Shown: positions 43,965-57,260 of the stretch, in pieces
Numbering within the stretch: the stretch's first letter is position 1
How the letters are laid out: each line of letters opens with the position of its first letter
NCBI GenBank assembly: GCA_009914755.4
Contig: CP068257.2
Coordinates: 28,256,001 to 28,320,000 of the forward strand
Source of the DNA: the human T2T-CHM13v2.0 reference genome, Homo sapiens
DNA length: 64,000 bases
Direction: 5' to 3'
Made by a program: the position numbers and the translations under genes
The notes under the pieces: model-generated
The model's input: the letters and a program-made list of their open reading frames with translations, nothing else
What the model was told of the DNA's origin: nothing
Database searches by the model: none

Positions 43965-46900
43965 GCCATCTCCATCAATCCTTCCTCTAAACCCATCCCA
44001 GTTAATTGTACACTCTAACAACAAACAGTGTGTTTGCTAGGCATAGGTAGGTAGTGAGGCTTCCTCTCCAACTTGATTGCATTATTTGAACCCTTTCAAA
44101 AGAGAAATTCTGGAGAGTCCACTGATAATATCAGTTTTTCTCTTTGCTAGTTGCCTCACATATAAATCACACTCACTTTTAAGTAATTTAGTTACCCTGG
44201 ATAACCAAGAGCAAGAGGTAATTTCTTATATTTGATTTCCACTTAGTACACACAGTGAAAGGGGAAAGATCTGCTCATTTGCAGAAACATGTTAACGTTA
44301 GTCAGGCACTCCCTTTTATGTAACACTATCAGATGCTTTCTCTCTAGATTTTTCCAGTGCCCACTGGAGTTTTCAAGTTCATGTTAGGACAAATATAGTG
44401 TATACTAAGCTGAAATCAAATATAAGAGAAATGAACTCTTGCTTTTAGTTATTCCAGGTAACTAAATTACTGAAAGTAAGTGTTATTTATTGTTTGAACA
44501 CACACTTATACTGTGTGTACTTGGCATACATAAGTCCATATACAATATGGCATAATTTAATGGAAGGAGCTCAAAACCTGAGACCAGAATAGCTAGTTTC
44601 AATTTCTGGTATTTCTACCAGTAATAACTGAACTTATGCAAAGTCACCATCTCAATGAAAACCAGAGATCACAAACCTTACAAGAAAAGTAGCTGAAGTT
44701 GAGGTCTATGTAATGTTAACATTAGGCCCATAAAATCAATATTAAATGCAAAGATGAATGACACAGGTAAAATTGTTAAGGGAAAAGATCTGCTCATTCT
44801 CAGCAACATGTTAATATTAGTCAGGCACTCCCTTTTATATCACACTATCAGATACCTTCTCTTTAGACTTTCCCAGCACCCATTGGAGTTTTCAAGTTCA
44901 TGTTAGGACCAACATGATTTTGAAGACACAGGTGCCTCTCTCAGTGACTCTACCTCCAGCCACAGAGGTCTTCCTAAACACAGGCAACTCTCCTCTGAGT
45001 TTGTTCCAGGTTTGGCATCATGCACCACTCTCCACACTCTATGCACTTGGAAGCTAGAACCTATTCCAAGTTGACTATGCAACTGATGTAATAGATCAGT
45101 GGCAGAACATTAACTAAAAACTCTTCAAGAATAGTATTTGAAAAAAATTTTAATGTGTCCACGTGGAAAATCTGATGAAAAACATCAGCAGTATAGATTG
45201 CAATTGCCAGAATGCAAACCTCAAGGGGCAGATGCTGTCCATTTTATTCACTGTTGTACATCCTGCAATTTTCTAAGTGTGTCTGGCTCATGCTAGGGAA
45301 GTAAGAACTCAAATAATATTTGTTGAATGAAGAATGAATATTAAAATGATGAAAAAACTAAGTGCCTAAAAATAAAGTCATGGGTCTGTACACACTTATG
45401 TAAAAATATGAACAACTAAAAACATTACTTGGAACTTTGGGGATCTTTGGGTTAAAATATCCAAAATGATGCTCCAGCCAAGGTAATGATTGGCATAAAA
45501 TAAATTTGGACCTCTCTCAAGGAAATAAAAGCATGTGAACAATGATATTGTCACTATAGATTTCCACACTATTCATATAAATCTCCATAATATTTCTATT
45601 TATGTGATGTACTTAACTACATAATAGTACCATATTTATTTGGTGGTTTTTTGGCAAATTACAGAAATTAGTGTATTTCATCTTCCCTTGTGAAACAGGA
45701 AAGGCTGATATGATTACTGCTAGTTCACAGATGAAGAGATTTAGGCTTAAAGATATTAAAGGTCTTATAAAGATACACCAATCAACTGTTAAGACCCTGT
45801 TTAGGAAGAAAATGTAAATAATAAAAAAAGTAGTAAAAACAACATAACAATAATAATAATAAAACAAATGTATCCAGATATTACTCAAAGCCCTTTCATA
45901 TTGAGCTCTTACCAATGACACTGTGAGGTTTGCAATAGTTTTAATTCAATTTATCAGATGCAACAGCAATGGCCTGGTAAGACTAAATAACCCTCACTCA
46001 CTCATCGATGTATCTAGTAAATCACGGACGTGGGAATCAAACCTATGCTTTCTGACACCAAAACATGCTTCGGAAAGCCTGGCTGCCCACTGCTCAATTC
46101 TTAATCCTATTTTCACCATGACCTCTATAATTGTATGTGTTGAGATGATGCACACAAATATATTATCTGTCTTTCTGCAATCCTTATTATAAATATTACA
46201 CATCTGTCCTAAAATTGCATATGCACTTGGAATATTTTTTTAATTAATGGTGGTGGGCCACGTCTACTAAGTTTACCTAGATCCTGTTCTAACCATTAGT
46301 TATAAGTCAGCCACCCAATTAAGGAAGATATTTGTGATTGTGAAGCTCACAGACCAACTAATTACATATGTCAACTAACTGGTTGTTGATATACACTGGT
46401 GTATACAGAGAGGCAGGAATGACTCCAGCAGCTCCACACAATTCCCAGCAACCAGCTATATTTCTCTTCTATGCAAGCTGCTGGGAAACTTCTTGAGTGC
46501 AGTAATAATGTTAAGGGCACCACTATCCTACCGACCTTCTCTGTCTCTTAACTGTTGCATAAGATTATAAACTTTCCAACAGACATTCACAGTGTATGCT
46601 CAAATCACGTGTCTATGTGAACTCAATACCCTCTCAAATATTCAGTATGCATGAATTTTATCTTAGCTTTTATCCTTTTCTCCAAAGCTGAAGCTTAAGC
46701 AGACACTTTGACAAGAAAAGTAGACCAGTAATTAATTCATTCAAGCATTTGAGTGCCTTCTCTATATGAGGACCCAGTACTAAGTGCCTAGCGATTTTGC
46801 TATACTTTACTTTGAATATTTTAAGTCACTAAAAAACATGCCAGTTAATAATCTAGAGACCCTTTTTATTGGTTGGTTGATTGTTTAGTTGATCGGTCGG

Positions 46901-48849
46901 TTGCTTGGATGGGTGATGGTTTGTTGGAAAGAAGAATGGGACAGGATATAATAAAGAATACAACTCCCCTTTCTTTTTCCTTACACACACTCATACACAC
47001 ACACATAAACTTTGGCTTAGTCCCCAACCCCTTTTTGTTAATTTTTTGTATTCAATATTGCACTTGACTGACACAAGAAAGTCACTGTAGAGAAACAGGT
47101 TTCCTCTGAGGTAAAGCTGGTTTCCACAGTGTGCTAAACTGCTCATTTAAAAGCGTGCATTGGTCCTTAGGTGCATACGGGGCAACAGTGCTCATGTCAG
47201 CCACAGGACACTCCAGGCCAGAAGGAGTAACACATTTGTACTGCACATAAACAACACCAGGCCATGCCATGCCATTTTATTTTATGCATTTTGGCTCCCA
47301 TTTAGAAAAAAGAAAACCTCATTATCTTGTCGCATATATTTGTAAGGTCAGTGAATCATGTTGTTTGTTTTCACCTTGAAAACTACTTTTACGTAGATGA
47401 TTGTGATTGCTTGGAGCTTAGAAAAATACTGAGATCTGTGAACAAATATGTCTTAAAGCATCCTTTTCCCTTCTCCTCCTGAGTTCCTTTAGATGTGGGG
47501 GATATAGGAAAGGAAAATGCTACCTTATATTTGTTATACAGGGATGAGGAACATTGGCTAGCACAGCCATTTCTAGCATCCCTAGATTTGTCTCTTTCAA
47601 AAGGTAAAAGACACAAGCAAAACCCCAATTAAGTTAATAAATATTGGAAATTATAACACACACGCTCATTAGTTACTTTGTATTGTTCAGAATATTTTTT
47701 TTTTTTTTGACCAGGGTGAGTAGAGTTGATTGCATTCCCAAAAACCCAGGATGTTAAACCTAGAACTTATCTCAGATAAAGGATATTTCAGTTATGTATA
47801 GTAGTAAGTTCTTTTTTAAAAAAATAAATACTTTGAAACTATTTTAGAAAAGACTCTATCCAATACAATGCACATTAAAATTACCCATAGTCTAGAAAAA
47901 ACATGTGTGTAGTAAAAGTTAGTATTTGATATCTGCAGCTCAAAGTAGCACATTTCTATTTTTCTTTTAGTGGGCATGTTCAGTGATTAAAAAATAAAAC
48001 CTAGTATGTTCTGAATTTTTGTAAAGGGGCTGACTAATTGTAGGTCAGAGCTAGTATAGTAACTGAGCAATTTCAACTGCTCAGGAAGCGTCACTATGCC
48101 AGTGTCTGGCACTGCTCCTGGCATATTCTGTTAGTTCCTGGAAAGGGGGAGTTAGAAGTCCTCAGAGATCAGGGCTTCACTCTTGCGGTTGAAAGTGGAA
48201 GATGGGAGAAACTAAGAGACCCATGTGATGTCACAGCTTCTCCTGTGGCTCCCTCTGTGACCGTGACTCTAAGAAGCCCGATGGGTTGGGAAAGGAGGAG
48301 GGCAAATGAGATTCAGCGAACAATAACTGGGTTTAGTTTTAAAGGCGAAGAGCTGTGTCAACCCTCAAAGTTCAGAAATTGCCCTATGCAGCCACAGACC
48401 AAACCTTGGTGGTGGGTGCTATACACTTATGGCTGTCAGTCCACGCCCCTTCCACTGTCCTTGCGTTTTGTCATCTTTGGGCTGCCCACATTCAGCTTTC
48501 CGGTGTCTTTTTTATCTCATTCGAGATCAGAGCCCTGAATCTCCTAGGAAGCTACCTGGACTGGGAACTGGATCTTGCTCAGTGGCAGGCAAGCGGGCAA
48601 ATTAGGGAGCAAGTGGGAAACTTAAGTGTCTGCTGATGTTGCTAACTGACCGTCCTTCTCACTCTTCGAATCTTCAGCTCGAAGTCAGATCTGAACTCTG
48701 CCCCAATCTAGTGGAACCCGTCAGAGTTGGCAGACTCCATGTGGAAGTCTTACTTAGGCATAAAAACTTGGAGGCTCTGGGGTAACAGGCTCTAGGATAT
48801 TCCCACATCCCTAGTGGTCCCTGTATTCTATTCTTGAGATTCGTGCATA

Positions 48850-50130
48850 CTTGCCAGTGCCCAGAGCCCAGGTTGCCAGGCACCGGGACTGCGGATCTGG
48901 ACTGCCAGACGCCCACCCAGGAGGCTGGGAGAGCTCATTTCTGCGCCCAACTCAAGTGGCTGCAGCGGCTCGCGATCCCTTGCCCAGAGTAGGGGTGCCG
49001 GTCCCTGCGAACCTGGATCCCCGCACTCTAGCCCGCGTTCCTGGAGCCCAGATTGAAAAACCCGCCAACTGTACCTCCCGGGGAAGGCCGGCACCCTCCA
49101 GGAGGGAAGCAGTGACGCGGCTCCCCCTTTTTTGTGTAGCCTCCCATGAGCACTGACCTCCACCTTCCCCAGCTCCGGCTCCTGCGCCGCCGCGCGCTGC
49201 CTCGCCCGGGACCCGCTACACCCGCGTTGGTGCGGCGACCGACCACGTCTCCCGAGCAGGCAGCCTGGGGCTCACTCACCGATCCTGAGTACTTGCGGGG
49301 CGGTCTGAGGGAGGATATAGCAGAGGAAATAGAGGAGTGCCCAGCTGGTGTCCCTGGTCCAGAGCCCGGGCTGGGCGAGGAGTGTGCCGTGCTCCATCTT
49401 CCTAGCTTCTTAATTCATGCCGAGATACAGCCGCTGCCGGACGCCCGAGAGATGCACCCAACTTGGGCCGGGTCCCCGCCTCATCCTCTCTGGATGCTCC
49501 GGTTCCAAGCACGCTGCGCGCTCCCCACGGAGCGAGCTCGAGGGAACCCGCGTGGGACCGCGGAGCTGGCTGGCAAGGCTGAGCTCTCTCGGGGCTCCTC
49601 AGTGCTGTCGCTAGCCCATCACGGCTCCTCCTCCTCCTCTTCCATGGGCCGCAGACCGCGGAGGATCAGCGCTCTCTGGCTCCCGGAGCCCAGAGACCAG
49701 CTGAGGAAAGTTGCTGCCCCGATCTGCAGGAACGTCTCCCTCATTCGTCCTTTGGTCAGATGCAAAAGTCGGGGGATAGGCACAGACAGAGGAGGGAAAA
49801 GGGGGAAAGAAGACTAACGAAGAAGGAGAGAGGGTACAGGGTGAGTTGGTGCAGGGGCTCTGAGCAAGCCTGATGAGCTCCAGCAGGTTAACTGGGAGCG
49901 GAGCCACGTTCCGGCTTCTCTGAATCTTTGCTTTCCTCCTCCCCTCGCTGGCCCCACCCTTTATTTACTGCCCGCCCCAACCCCACTGATCAAGATACTC
50001 GCGCGCGCGCGCGCACACACACACACAGACACACAGACACACACACAGACACACACACACACACACACGCTCTTTTTTCTCTCCCTCAACTTTGCGCTCT
50101 GCTGCTGGGAAGTCGATCGAGTGTTGCATT
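48850..50130. promoter_or_regulatory. CpG island (orphan), candidate promoter, possibly bidirectional; lower-density CpG continues to about 50.5 kb
   Basis: GC content and CpG dinucleotide density rise sharply against the AT-rich, CpG-depleted flanks (e.g. ctgcgccgccgcgcgctgcctcgcccgggacccgctacacccgcgttggtgcggcgaccgaccacgtctcccgagc; gagcgagctcgagggaacccgcgtgggaccgcggagctgg). No Alu-like sequence is present. Consensus donor-like motifs: cagGTGAGTtgg near 49844 and ccgctGTGAGTggc near 50188. Confidence 0.8.
49999..50069. repeat. Compound (CG)n(CA)n(GACA)n microsatellite inside the CpG island
   Basis: ctcgcgcgcgcgcgcgcacacacacacacagacacacagacacacacacagacacacacacacacacacacgctc. Confidence 0.9.
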
Positions 50131-51316
50131 CTCAAGACAGATCAAATCTAAACTATTGGTCCGAGCAGAGAAAGCCTCTGCTGTCCGCTGTGAGTGGCAA
50201 GGAAGCCTTCTTGGTAATGTCCGTGTGCACCTGTTAGGGGGTCTTATAGACAGCCAGCTATGACTCGTCCCATCATTTAATGGAAAATCACCTCCAATAT
50301 TTTGGAAAATACCGGGGCTCCTGTTTTGACTCTGACGAGGATGATGAACAGGGGAAGGGGGAGAGGAATGAGAAAGCTTCAGTACTCCAAGATTATAGTG
50401 GCTTCATTCCTATTTGGACCCAAGATAATCTCTTGCAAATTGCTTCCATTTACACATGCCACTGAGATAGAAGCAGCCTCCAGCGCCGCTACTTTTCTTC
50501 ATTTCTTTTAACTGTCAGGTCTGAATACTGAAAGATAGGCTATTTTAGCAATGTAGGTTTGGAGACTGTTTCTCTGTAGAAGGACAAGGACACTTCCCTA
50601 GGGAAATCAGCATTTGATTATGTTGGATTAATTTCCTTCGAGTTTTGTGGGGAATGTTCTATATATATGTTTGCTAGGTCTATATTAACATCTCTTTTTT
50701 TTAACTGGTAAATAGATTTTGAAGAACTGACCAAATCCATATGAAAAGTATGTCCACAGTTGTTATATGAGCCTAGAGTGGGAAACAATTGCAAAAGGAA
50801 TCTAATATATCTTAAAGTCCATTCGTGTATTAATTAATTAATTCATTCATTATTCAACAAATACCTACTGAGTATTTTGTTTGTGGTGTCAGACACTATA
50901 CTTTTCACTAAAAACCCTATGGTGGGGAAAATGCATGTTCATTCTCCAAGGGAGGTTAGAACTCCACTGTGGAAAGCTAGTCAGTTCATATCTCAAGTAG
51001 TAGGCTTGGTTCTGGACACTTTGGGATGAGAGTTAACAAAGCAGAACATGTCTGCAGATAAGAAGAGGGACTGATAGGGATTTAGGAATGCATTTTTGCG
51101 TGGAAAGATTGAGGAAACCAAGAGGAATTAGGAGCACATGCTGGTTATCTTCAGACATTTGAAGAATTCTTGTGTTAAAAGAAAGTAGCCTTATTCAGTG
51201 TTAGATATGTGAGAAGAGCTAAGAAAAATAAGATTGTCAGAGGGAAATTGTAGAAGAGTAAATTTTGTCTCATTCGGGGAGCATTTTTAAGACCAGAGAA
51301 TATCAAACAGCGGCAA

Positions 51317-51448
51317 GGCTGGGTGTGCTGGCTTACATTGGAGCACTTTGGTGATGTTGAGGAGGGAAGATGACCTAAAACCAGGAGTTCGAGGCCAGCC
51401 TTGGAAACATAGCGAGACCCTTCCTGTGCAAATAAAAATTAAGAAAAA
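51317..51448 (+). mobile_element. Free left Alu monomer (FLAM-like)
   Basis: ggctgggtgtgctggcttacattggagcactttggtgatgttgaggagggaagatgacctaaaaccaggagttcgaggccagccttggaaacatagcgagacccttcctgtgcaaataaaaattaag is close to the 7SL-derived FLAM consensus. Confidence 0.7.
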
Positions 51449-53865
51449 CAGTAGCATGACCTGCTTCAGAAAAGAGGCAAAGTCAAACTATTCATTTATT
51501 TATGCATATTTTTTGAGGGCCCACGTTGTGTGAGGTATTGTGCCAATCTCTGGAGACACAGAGGGATATGATTGCTGCCACTCTGGAACTCATTGGCATT
51601 AAAGTATGATGAGCTTTACAAAATGGTGTTATGGAAGTAAAGAAAAAAAGTAGTGTAATCCCATTTAAGAGTTTGGAAAGGGGTTCTTCAGGAAGTGATG
51701 CTTCAAAACTCAAAGAATCAGTGGTTTAAAAGGGATTAGTAAGTATTTCTTAAAGTGAGAATGAATGTAAATCTGTTAGAGGGTTTATTTTTAAACCTAA
51801 AGGTCTGTGGTAAGCATTTTTAGTCATCTATTTTCTCTGGGTACATCAAAGACCAATACATAGCAGATAGTGAGTGGCTAAAGTTTGAAGACCCAAGGTC
51901 TAGAATTAAGTCAGCTTTTGAACAAACTGGGTTTAAATTCTGGTTTTACCAAGTCTATGTTTTTAGCTTTGGTTAAATTTTTATGTCTGCCTGTAGTCCA
52001 TTGCTGGTGCTTACGTATATCTAGTTTTCCCTTTCTCTGGCTCATGAAAGCCTGTACCTTTTCAATTAGTTGGAATCTACCTTTTCAATTAGTTGGAATC
52101 ATGTGACCATTTTTGGCCAATAAAATATGAGTGGAAGTGCACTGCTGCCAGGAGAAAAGGAAGACAGTGAAAAAAGATCCTGCATGACTTCCAGGACTCT
52201 CTTTCCCTGCCAGAGTAACTCTGAAAGCCACAAGTTCTAGAGGTTAAGATGAAAGCAGCCTCAATCCCTGAGTAATTTTTTGTAAGGGAGTTGCTCTGAA
52301 TGTTTCTAGAACAGCAACACACTGCTAACAAATCAGTCCCAGCTCAACATTATGTTTTAATCCACTACAATTTTGAGATATTTGTTACTGCAGCATAAGC
52401 TTCTCTATACTAACTAATAAACTTTCTATGACTTGATATCTTCATCTGTAAAATGAGGATAATAATAACACTACAGGGCCATTGGAGGATTATATGAGCT
52501 ACTGCATGTGAAGAATTTCCCAAGGTCCTTGTTACTCAGCATATTTTAGTTTATTTGTGGTCATTACTTTTCTGGTTAAAGGAATCCATGCATATATTTC
52601 TAGTAATAATCTGCCCCAGATTGCAGAGACTGAAATATTTTGTTTTTTGGGCAAGAAGTCAACAACACTGGTCCAATTAATTATATGGTAATCATAATTG
52701 TTCTGATACTATTTCAGGAGTTTTGCTACTTTTTACCTGTATTGTCTCTGGTTTATGAGGAAACAGTTCATTTTGATAATTAGAGATATTAGAGAGATTT
52801 CCTAAAGGAAGTTTCTCGAAAACTAAATGGCACACTGCAGTTATGTTTCTGTATCATCTGTAAAATTCTGTAAAGCTTAAAACTGAAATTTATTTCCTTG
52901 TTAAAATGCTTCTCTCCACTGCTCATGTACACAGGCTCATGGTGTTGAGTTACTCATGAGTGATCAGCAGCTGCTGTTAATTTGTTTTGTGCTTTTTAGA
53001 AGGACTGTATTTTGTACATATATTCATCCAGTTATTTTTTGCCCGAAATGACTCTGGTAATCACTCTTGATTCACATTTTCTCATAGTGCCCTCTTAAGA
53101 ATAAACATGTCTAATTGAATGCATGCCGTCTTTTTCCCATTCCCCAAATCTTAAGCTTAAATTGATACACCGTGGTTAACAATAAAACAGTACAATGACA
53201 TGCAGCATTGTGCTTCCTATGAGAGCTGGTGGCATTACTTAGATACTAATCCATTTTAAATTACTTAATTTTTAGGAGATAACAGATACAAAGAAAAATA
53301 GCTTAGAGTAACCTGGGGAATGCGAATGTTATACAGTCTTTTCAAAATGTTGTGAGCATAGTTGAGGAAACTTAAAATGTTACTCATGGCACCAAAAACA
53401 AAAGATCAAGTGGCTTTTAGAGCCTGCTGGGACTGTGTAGCTGATGTAGGGTCTAAATCTTGAGTTCTTGACTACTTCTTTATGCTTTTTTCGCTAGGTC
53501 ATATCATATATTTCTATGATGTTAAATACTACCTTTTAGCCAAAGATTCCCAAATGTTGTCTTTTGCTCAAACCTCCCGATTCATGCAGCCAATTTTAGT
53601 GACCATTTCTAAGTGAGCCAACATCTCAAATCCTTGATTCTGTCCCATGTCATTGTCCCGCACTGAATCCTCTCCCAAATTTTCTTATTTCAATATGAAC
53701 ACCACCTTCCACCCAGCCATTAAAACTGGAAAATCAGGAGGTCACCCTTCATTTTTTTCCTTACTTCTTCACCTACTCCCGTATCAGTTTATTTTTATAA
53801 TGGCTTTACCTCCAGAGTATGTCTTTAGTCAGCTTCTCTATACTCCACTGATATCATACTAGCCT

Positions 53866-54088
53866 GGGGTTTCTCAACCTCAAAACTATTGATATTTTCG
53901 GTTAGAAAATTATTTTTTATGAAGGCAGTTGTCCGGTTCTTTGTAGGACTTTTAGCCACTTCCCAGGGCTCTCTCCACTAGATGTCAGCAGTATCCTCCT
54001 CCCAAGGTGGGACAACAAAAATGTCTGCAGACATTGTCAAATAAATGCCCTCCGATGTACAAAATTACCCCTGATTGAGAGCCACGGC
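53866..54088 (+). mobile_element. Palindromic MITE-like DNA-transposon copy (same family as 30915-31097), near full length
   Basis: ggggtttctcaacctcaaaactattgatattttcggttagaaaattatttttt..gttgtccggttctttgtaggacttttagccacttcccagggctctctccactagatgtcagcagtatcctcc..acaacaaaaatgtctgcagacattgtcaaataaatgccctcc..cccctgattgagagccac. Confidence 0.6.
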
Positions 54089-54229
54089 ACTAGCCTAAAT
54101 CACCATGATCTTCCATCTTCCATCTGGTCTATTACAATAAACTCTTAATTGTCTCTCTTCTCTCATTTGCCTCTTTCTATCCATTCTGTCTGTTTGATCT
54201 AAATTAGCTCCTCCCACTGGCTTTCTTCA

Positions 54230-54425
54230 CAAGGCCCTTCTTAGATCCCTCCTGGTCATTATTAACTCTCTACTTGTTTTATTTATTTTATTACAAATTC
54301 TCTGAGAGTGGACTCTTTGTCTGTTCTGTTTGCTTGAAACCTTAGTGTGTAACACTGTGCCTGGTGCTTAGAGGGAGCTTGATTACTACTCACTGAATGA
54401 ATAAATGAATGAGTGATGCTCTCTC
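54230..54425 (+). repeat. L2/MIR 3'-end fragment
   Basis: ..tctgagagtggactctttgtctgttctgtttgcttgaaaccttagtgtgtaacactgtgcctggtgcttagagggagcttgattactactcactgaatgaataaatgaatg parallels the L2 3' end (..gggactttgtctgttttgttcac..acagtgcctggcacatagtaggcgctcaataaatatttgttgaatgaatgaat). Confidence 0.55.
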
Positions 54426-55823
54426 ATAAGATGTACAACCTATAAATTATAGCAGCAGATTTGTAAGATTGAGTTGAATAAGGAGACTAATTTCTCTTTT
54501 AATTTCATTCAAAGCACCTACATTGATCAGCTTAATGTTTAGTGTTATCCTGAGTTCATGTCTAGGAAAACCAGAGTATAACACTACATGTGCTTCTTCA
54601 GATTTCAGCAAAATGCTATATGGAGTAGGGGTTTCTTTTATAATTTCATTTTCAGCAAAGTGGCTATCATTACACATACCTTAACAATTTTACTGTAATT
54701 TCTGTACTAACACTGGTCTATCTGCCAAAGCACTGTGGAAAGCAGCTGTAGTGAAATCTTAAAAAAAAAAAACAACAAAAAAAAAAACAAAAGAAAACCT
54801 ATCTCTGTTATTTATCCCTTCACATCCTATTGTAATAACCTGAGACTCTAAAGAAATTCAGTCACATGGAGGGTCTGAACCTAGTTGGTATTTAGCTAAT
54901 TTCATACATATGTTGGACTCATCACAGGCTAAAGAAGGAAAGATCCAGGCTGAGTACTCAGGGTATTGGGAGCCAGCCCTGGGCTGACCACTGACTACAG
55001 CTCACTGCTCTTGGAGAAGTCACATCACCTCCTCGGACTTTAACTGCCTCAACCATAGCATGAAGTGGTTAGACTCATATTCTCCACTTCCTGTTCCAGA
55101 CCTAAGAGTCAATATAAATTGTAGAAATTTTGTAAAAGGATGGCTCATATTTTTGCTCTCCTTTGTTTATAAATAGAATGAGCTTTTCCTTAAGATAATG
55201 AGCATCTATTTGTATTTATTTTATATGCCAGACGCTGTTCTTCATATTTTTACAGGCGTTAACTTACCTAATACAGCAACCTTAAGAGGTAAGTACTACT
55301 GTTATGCACATATCACAGCTAAAGAAACTGAGGCAGAGAGGTGAAGCAGATGTCAGAAATGATAGAGCTGAGTGACAGAATTAGAGCTGGGTCACTATGG
55401 TTCTAAAGCCCCAGCTTTTTAAAAAACAAATTGAGATTAAATCCACATAACATGCAATTAACCTTTTCAAAACAAACAATTTAATTCCATTTAGTACATT
55501 TACAATGTAGCAAAACCACCAACTCCAGTTAATTCTCCTGTGGTTGGAAAGTCATGAGTGACACAGGAGTAGCAAAGGTGAAATTAGAGAGGCAGCAGGT
55601 GCATGCATCTGCTAAGGACTTGTGGGCTGGCATAAGGACTGACTTTTCTTCTGGATGAAATGGGAGTCACTGAAAGCTTTGAATAGAGAAGTGACAGCAT
55701 GAAGTTTATGTTTTAATTTGTTATCGTTTGTTTCAGGGACTACATTAGTTATCAGAGGCCCAGCCAATAGGTATTGTTCTTGCCTTCATGGGGCTTATGA
55801 TCATGTAAATAGTCCTGCAAATA

Positions 55824-56140
<317 letters not shown>

Positions 56141-56559
56141 TCAAATAATAGCTAATGTTTACAGAGCCCTTACTATATACCAGGCACTACTTTTAGTGCC
56201 CTGCAGTCCCAAGTCCCCATGACCCTTTGAGATGGTTACTCATATTAGTTCTTCTCTTTTACAAAAAAAGGACACTGAGGCACAGGGACAGAATGTAGTT
56301 TCCATGAAGAAAAGCTAATAGATGTGAGAAGAGATTTTGAAAGTGGAACTTGGCTTCTATTAGGAGCTCAGGAAAGACTGCTCAGAGGAAGGAAGCTTTA
56401 CACATTGCCTTAAAGGGAACTTGGGAGTGACTGCAAGGGGGACGAGAAGAACATTCCAGGCAGAGAGAAGGCTCTATTACAGAAAGCAGTTCCCAGTGAT
56501 AGAAAAGGTCTTAAAGCGTATTTGGCTGCTGTGAGCTGGAGAGACTGTAGCACCAGATG

Positions 56560-57260
56560 AGATGGGAAACGTGGGCAGATTCTAGGTCCCTAGGGATCCT
56601 TACAGGCCTCCCTGAGGATTTTAGAATTTCTTCTAAAACTGATGTAAAACCTTGGAGCCAGATGCATCTTTTCCACCTGTACTCATTTGCCATCATTCAT
56701 CCACCCAGTTACATGCTTCACAAGGAGGAGTTCCCCACCAGCCTGGGCCACAATACCAGCTTCTCCTTGCTTTTGCTTCTGGTGTTCCTCCCCACTCTAC
56801 TTCTCCAGAATTCTTCCTTCTCATTCGGCTTCAGGGCCACCGGTCCTCTTCTGTTCCCCAGTCATGCCCAACTCCTCATGACAGCACATTTCCCTAAACC
56901 GCTCTCAGTCCTTAAGCATCCTTTTTCTCACAGGTTACCTGGTTAAGGATTATTTATTCCTGAGTATCTCATTTCTCAGAGAGGCATTCCTTGGGTCCAC
57001 AGTGAAAAATAAGTCAACCCAGTTTATTCCTTCTTGGCATGCTGTACTTTTCCTCCTCACCACTTATCTTTAATGTTAACTATTTATTCGTTTGTTTAAT
57101 GTTTCTCTCTCTCCTTTAGATTTCAAGAACCAGGAGAGCAGGGTTTGTGCGTGCATACGATGCTGTGGCTCTGTGCACGTCCAGAGCCACTCCCGACTTC
57201 TGACACATAGTAGGAACTCAATTCGTATTGGCAGACTGATTAGATCTGAATGCTTAGAAT
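56560..57260 (+). repeat. L2 LINE 3'-end fragment
   Basis: ..catccacccagttacatgc..tcatttctcagagaggcattccttgggtccac.. (compare L2 caccttctcagagaggccttccctgaccacc) ..ctgtgcacgtccagagccactcccgacttctgacacatagtaggaactcaattcgtattgg (compare L2 ..agcacctagaacagtgcctggcacatagtaggcgctcaataaatatttg). Confidence 0.5.

Noticed and set aside
49146-49817. 223-aa + strand ORF (MSTDLHLPQLRLLRRRALPRPGPATPALV...) and the overlapping - strand ORFs across the CpG island
   Set aside because: The composition is dominated by Arg/Pro/Ala/Gly, as expected from reading GC-rich noncoding DNA. Overlapping ORFs occur in several frames on both strands and none is recognisably similar to a known protein. I treat it as CpG-island sequence, not CDS.
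50280-50511. ORFs MENHLQYFGKYRGSCFDSDEDDEQGKGERNEKASVLQDYSGF... (61 aa) and an overlapping 69-aa ORF just downstream of the CpG island
   Set aside because: They are short and overlap each other in different frames. There is no recognisable homology, and a donor-like GTGAGT lies upstream rather than bounding them. They could at most be uORF-like sequence in a 5' exon or intron, which is insufficient for a CDS call.
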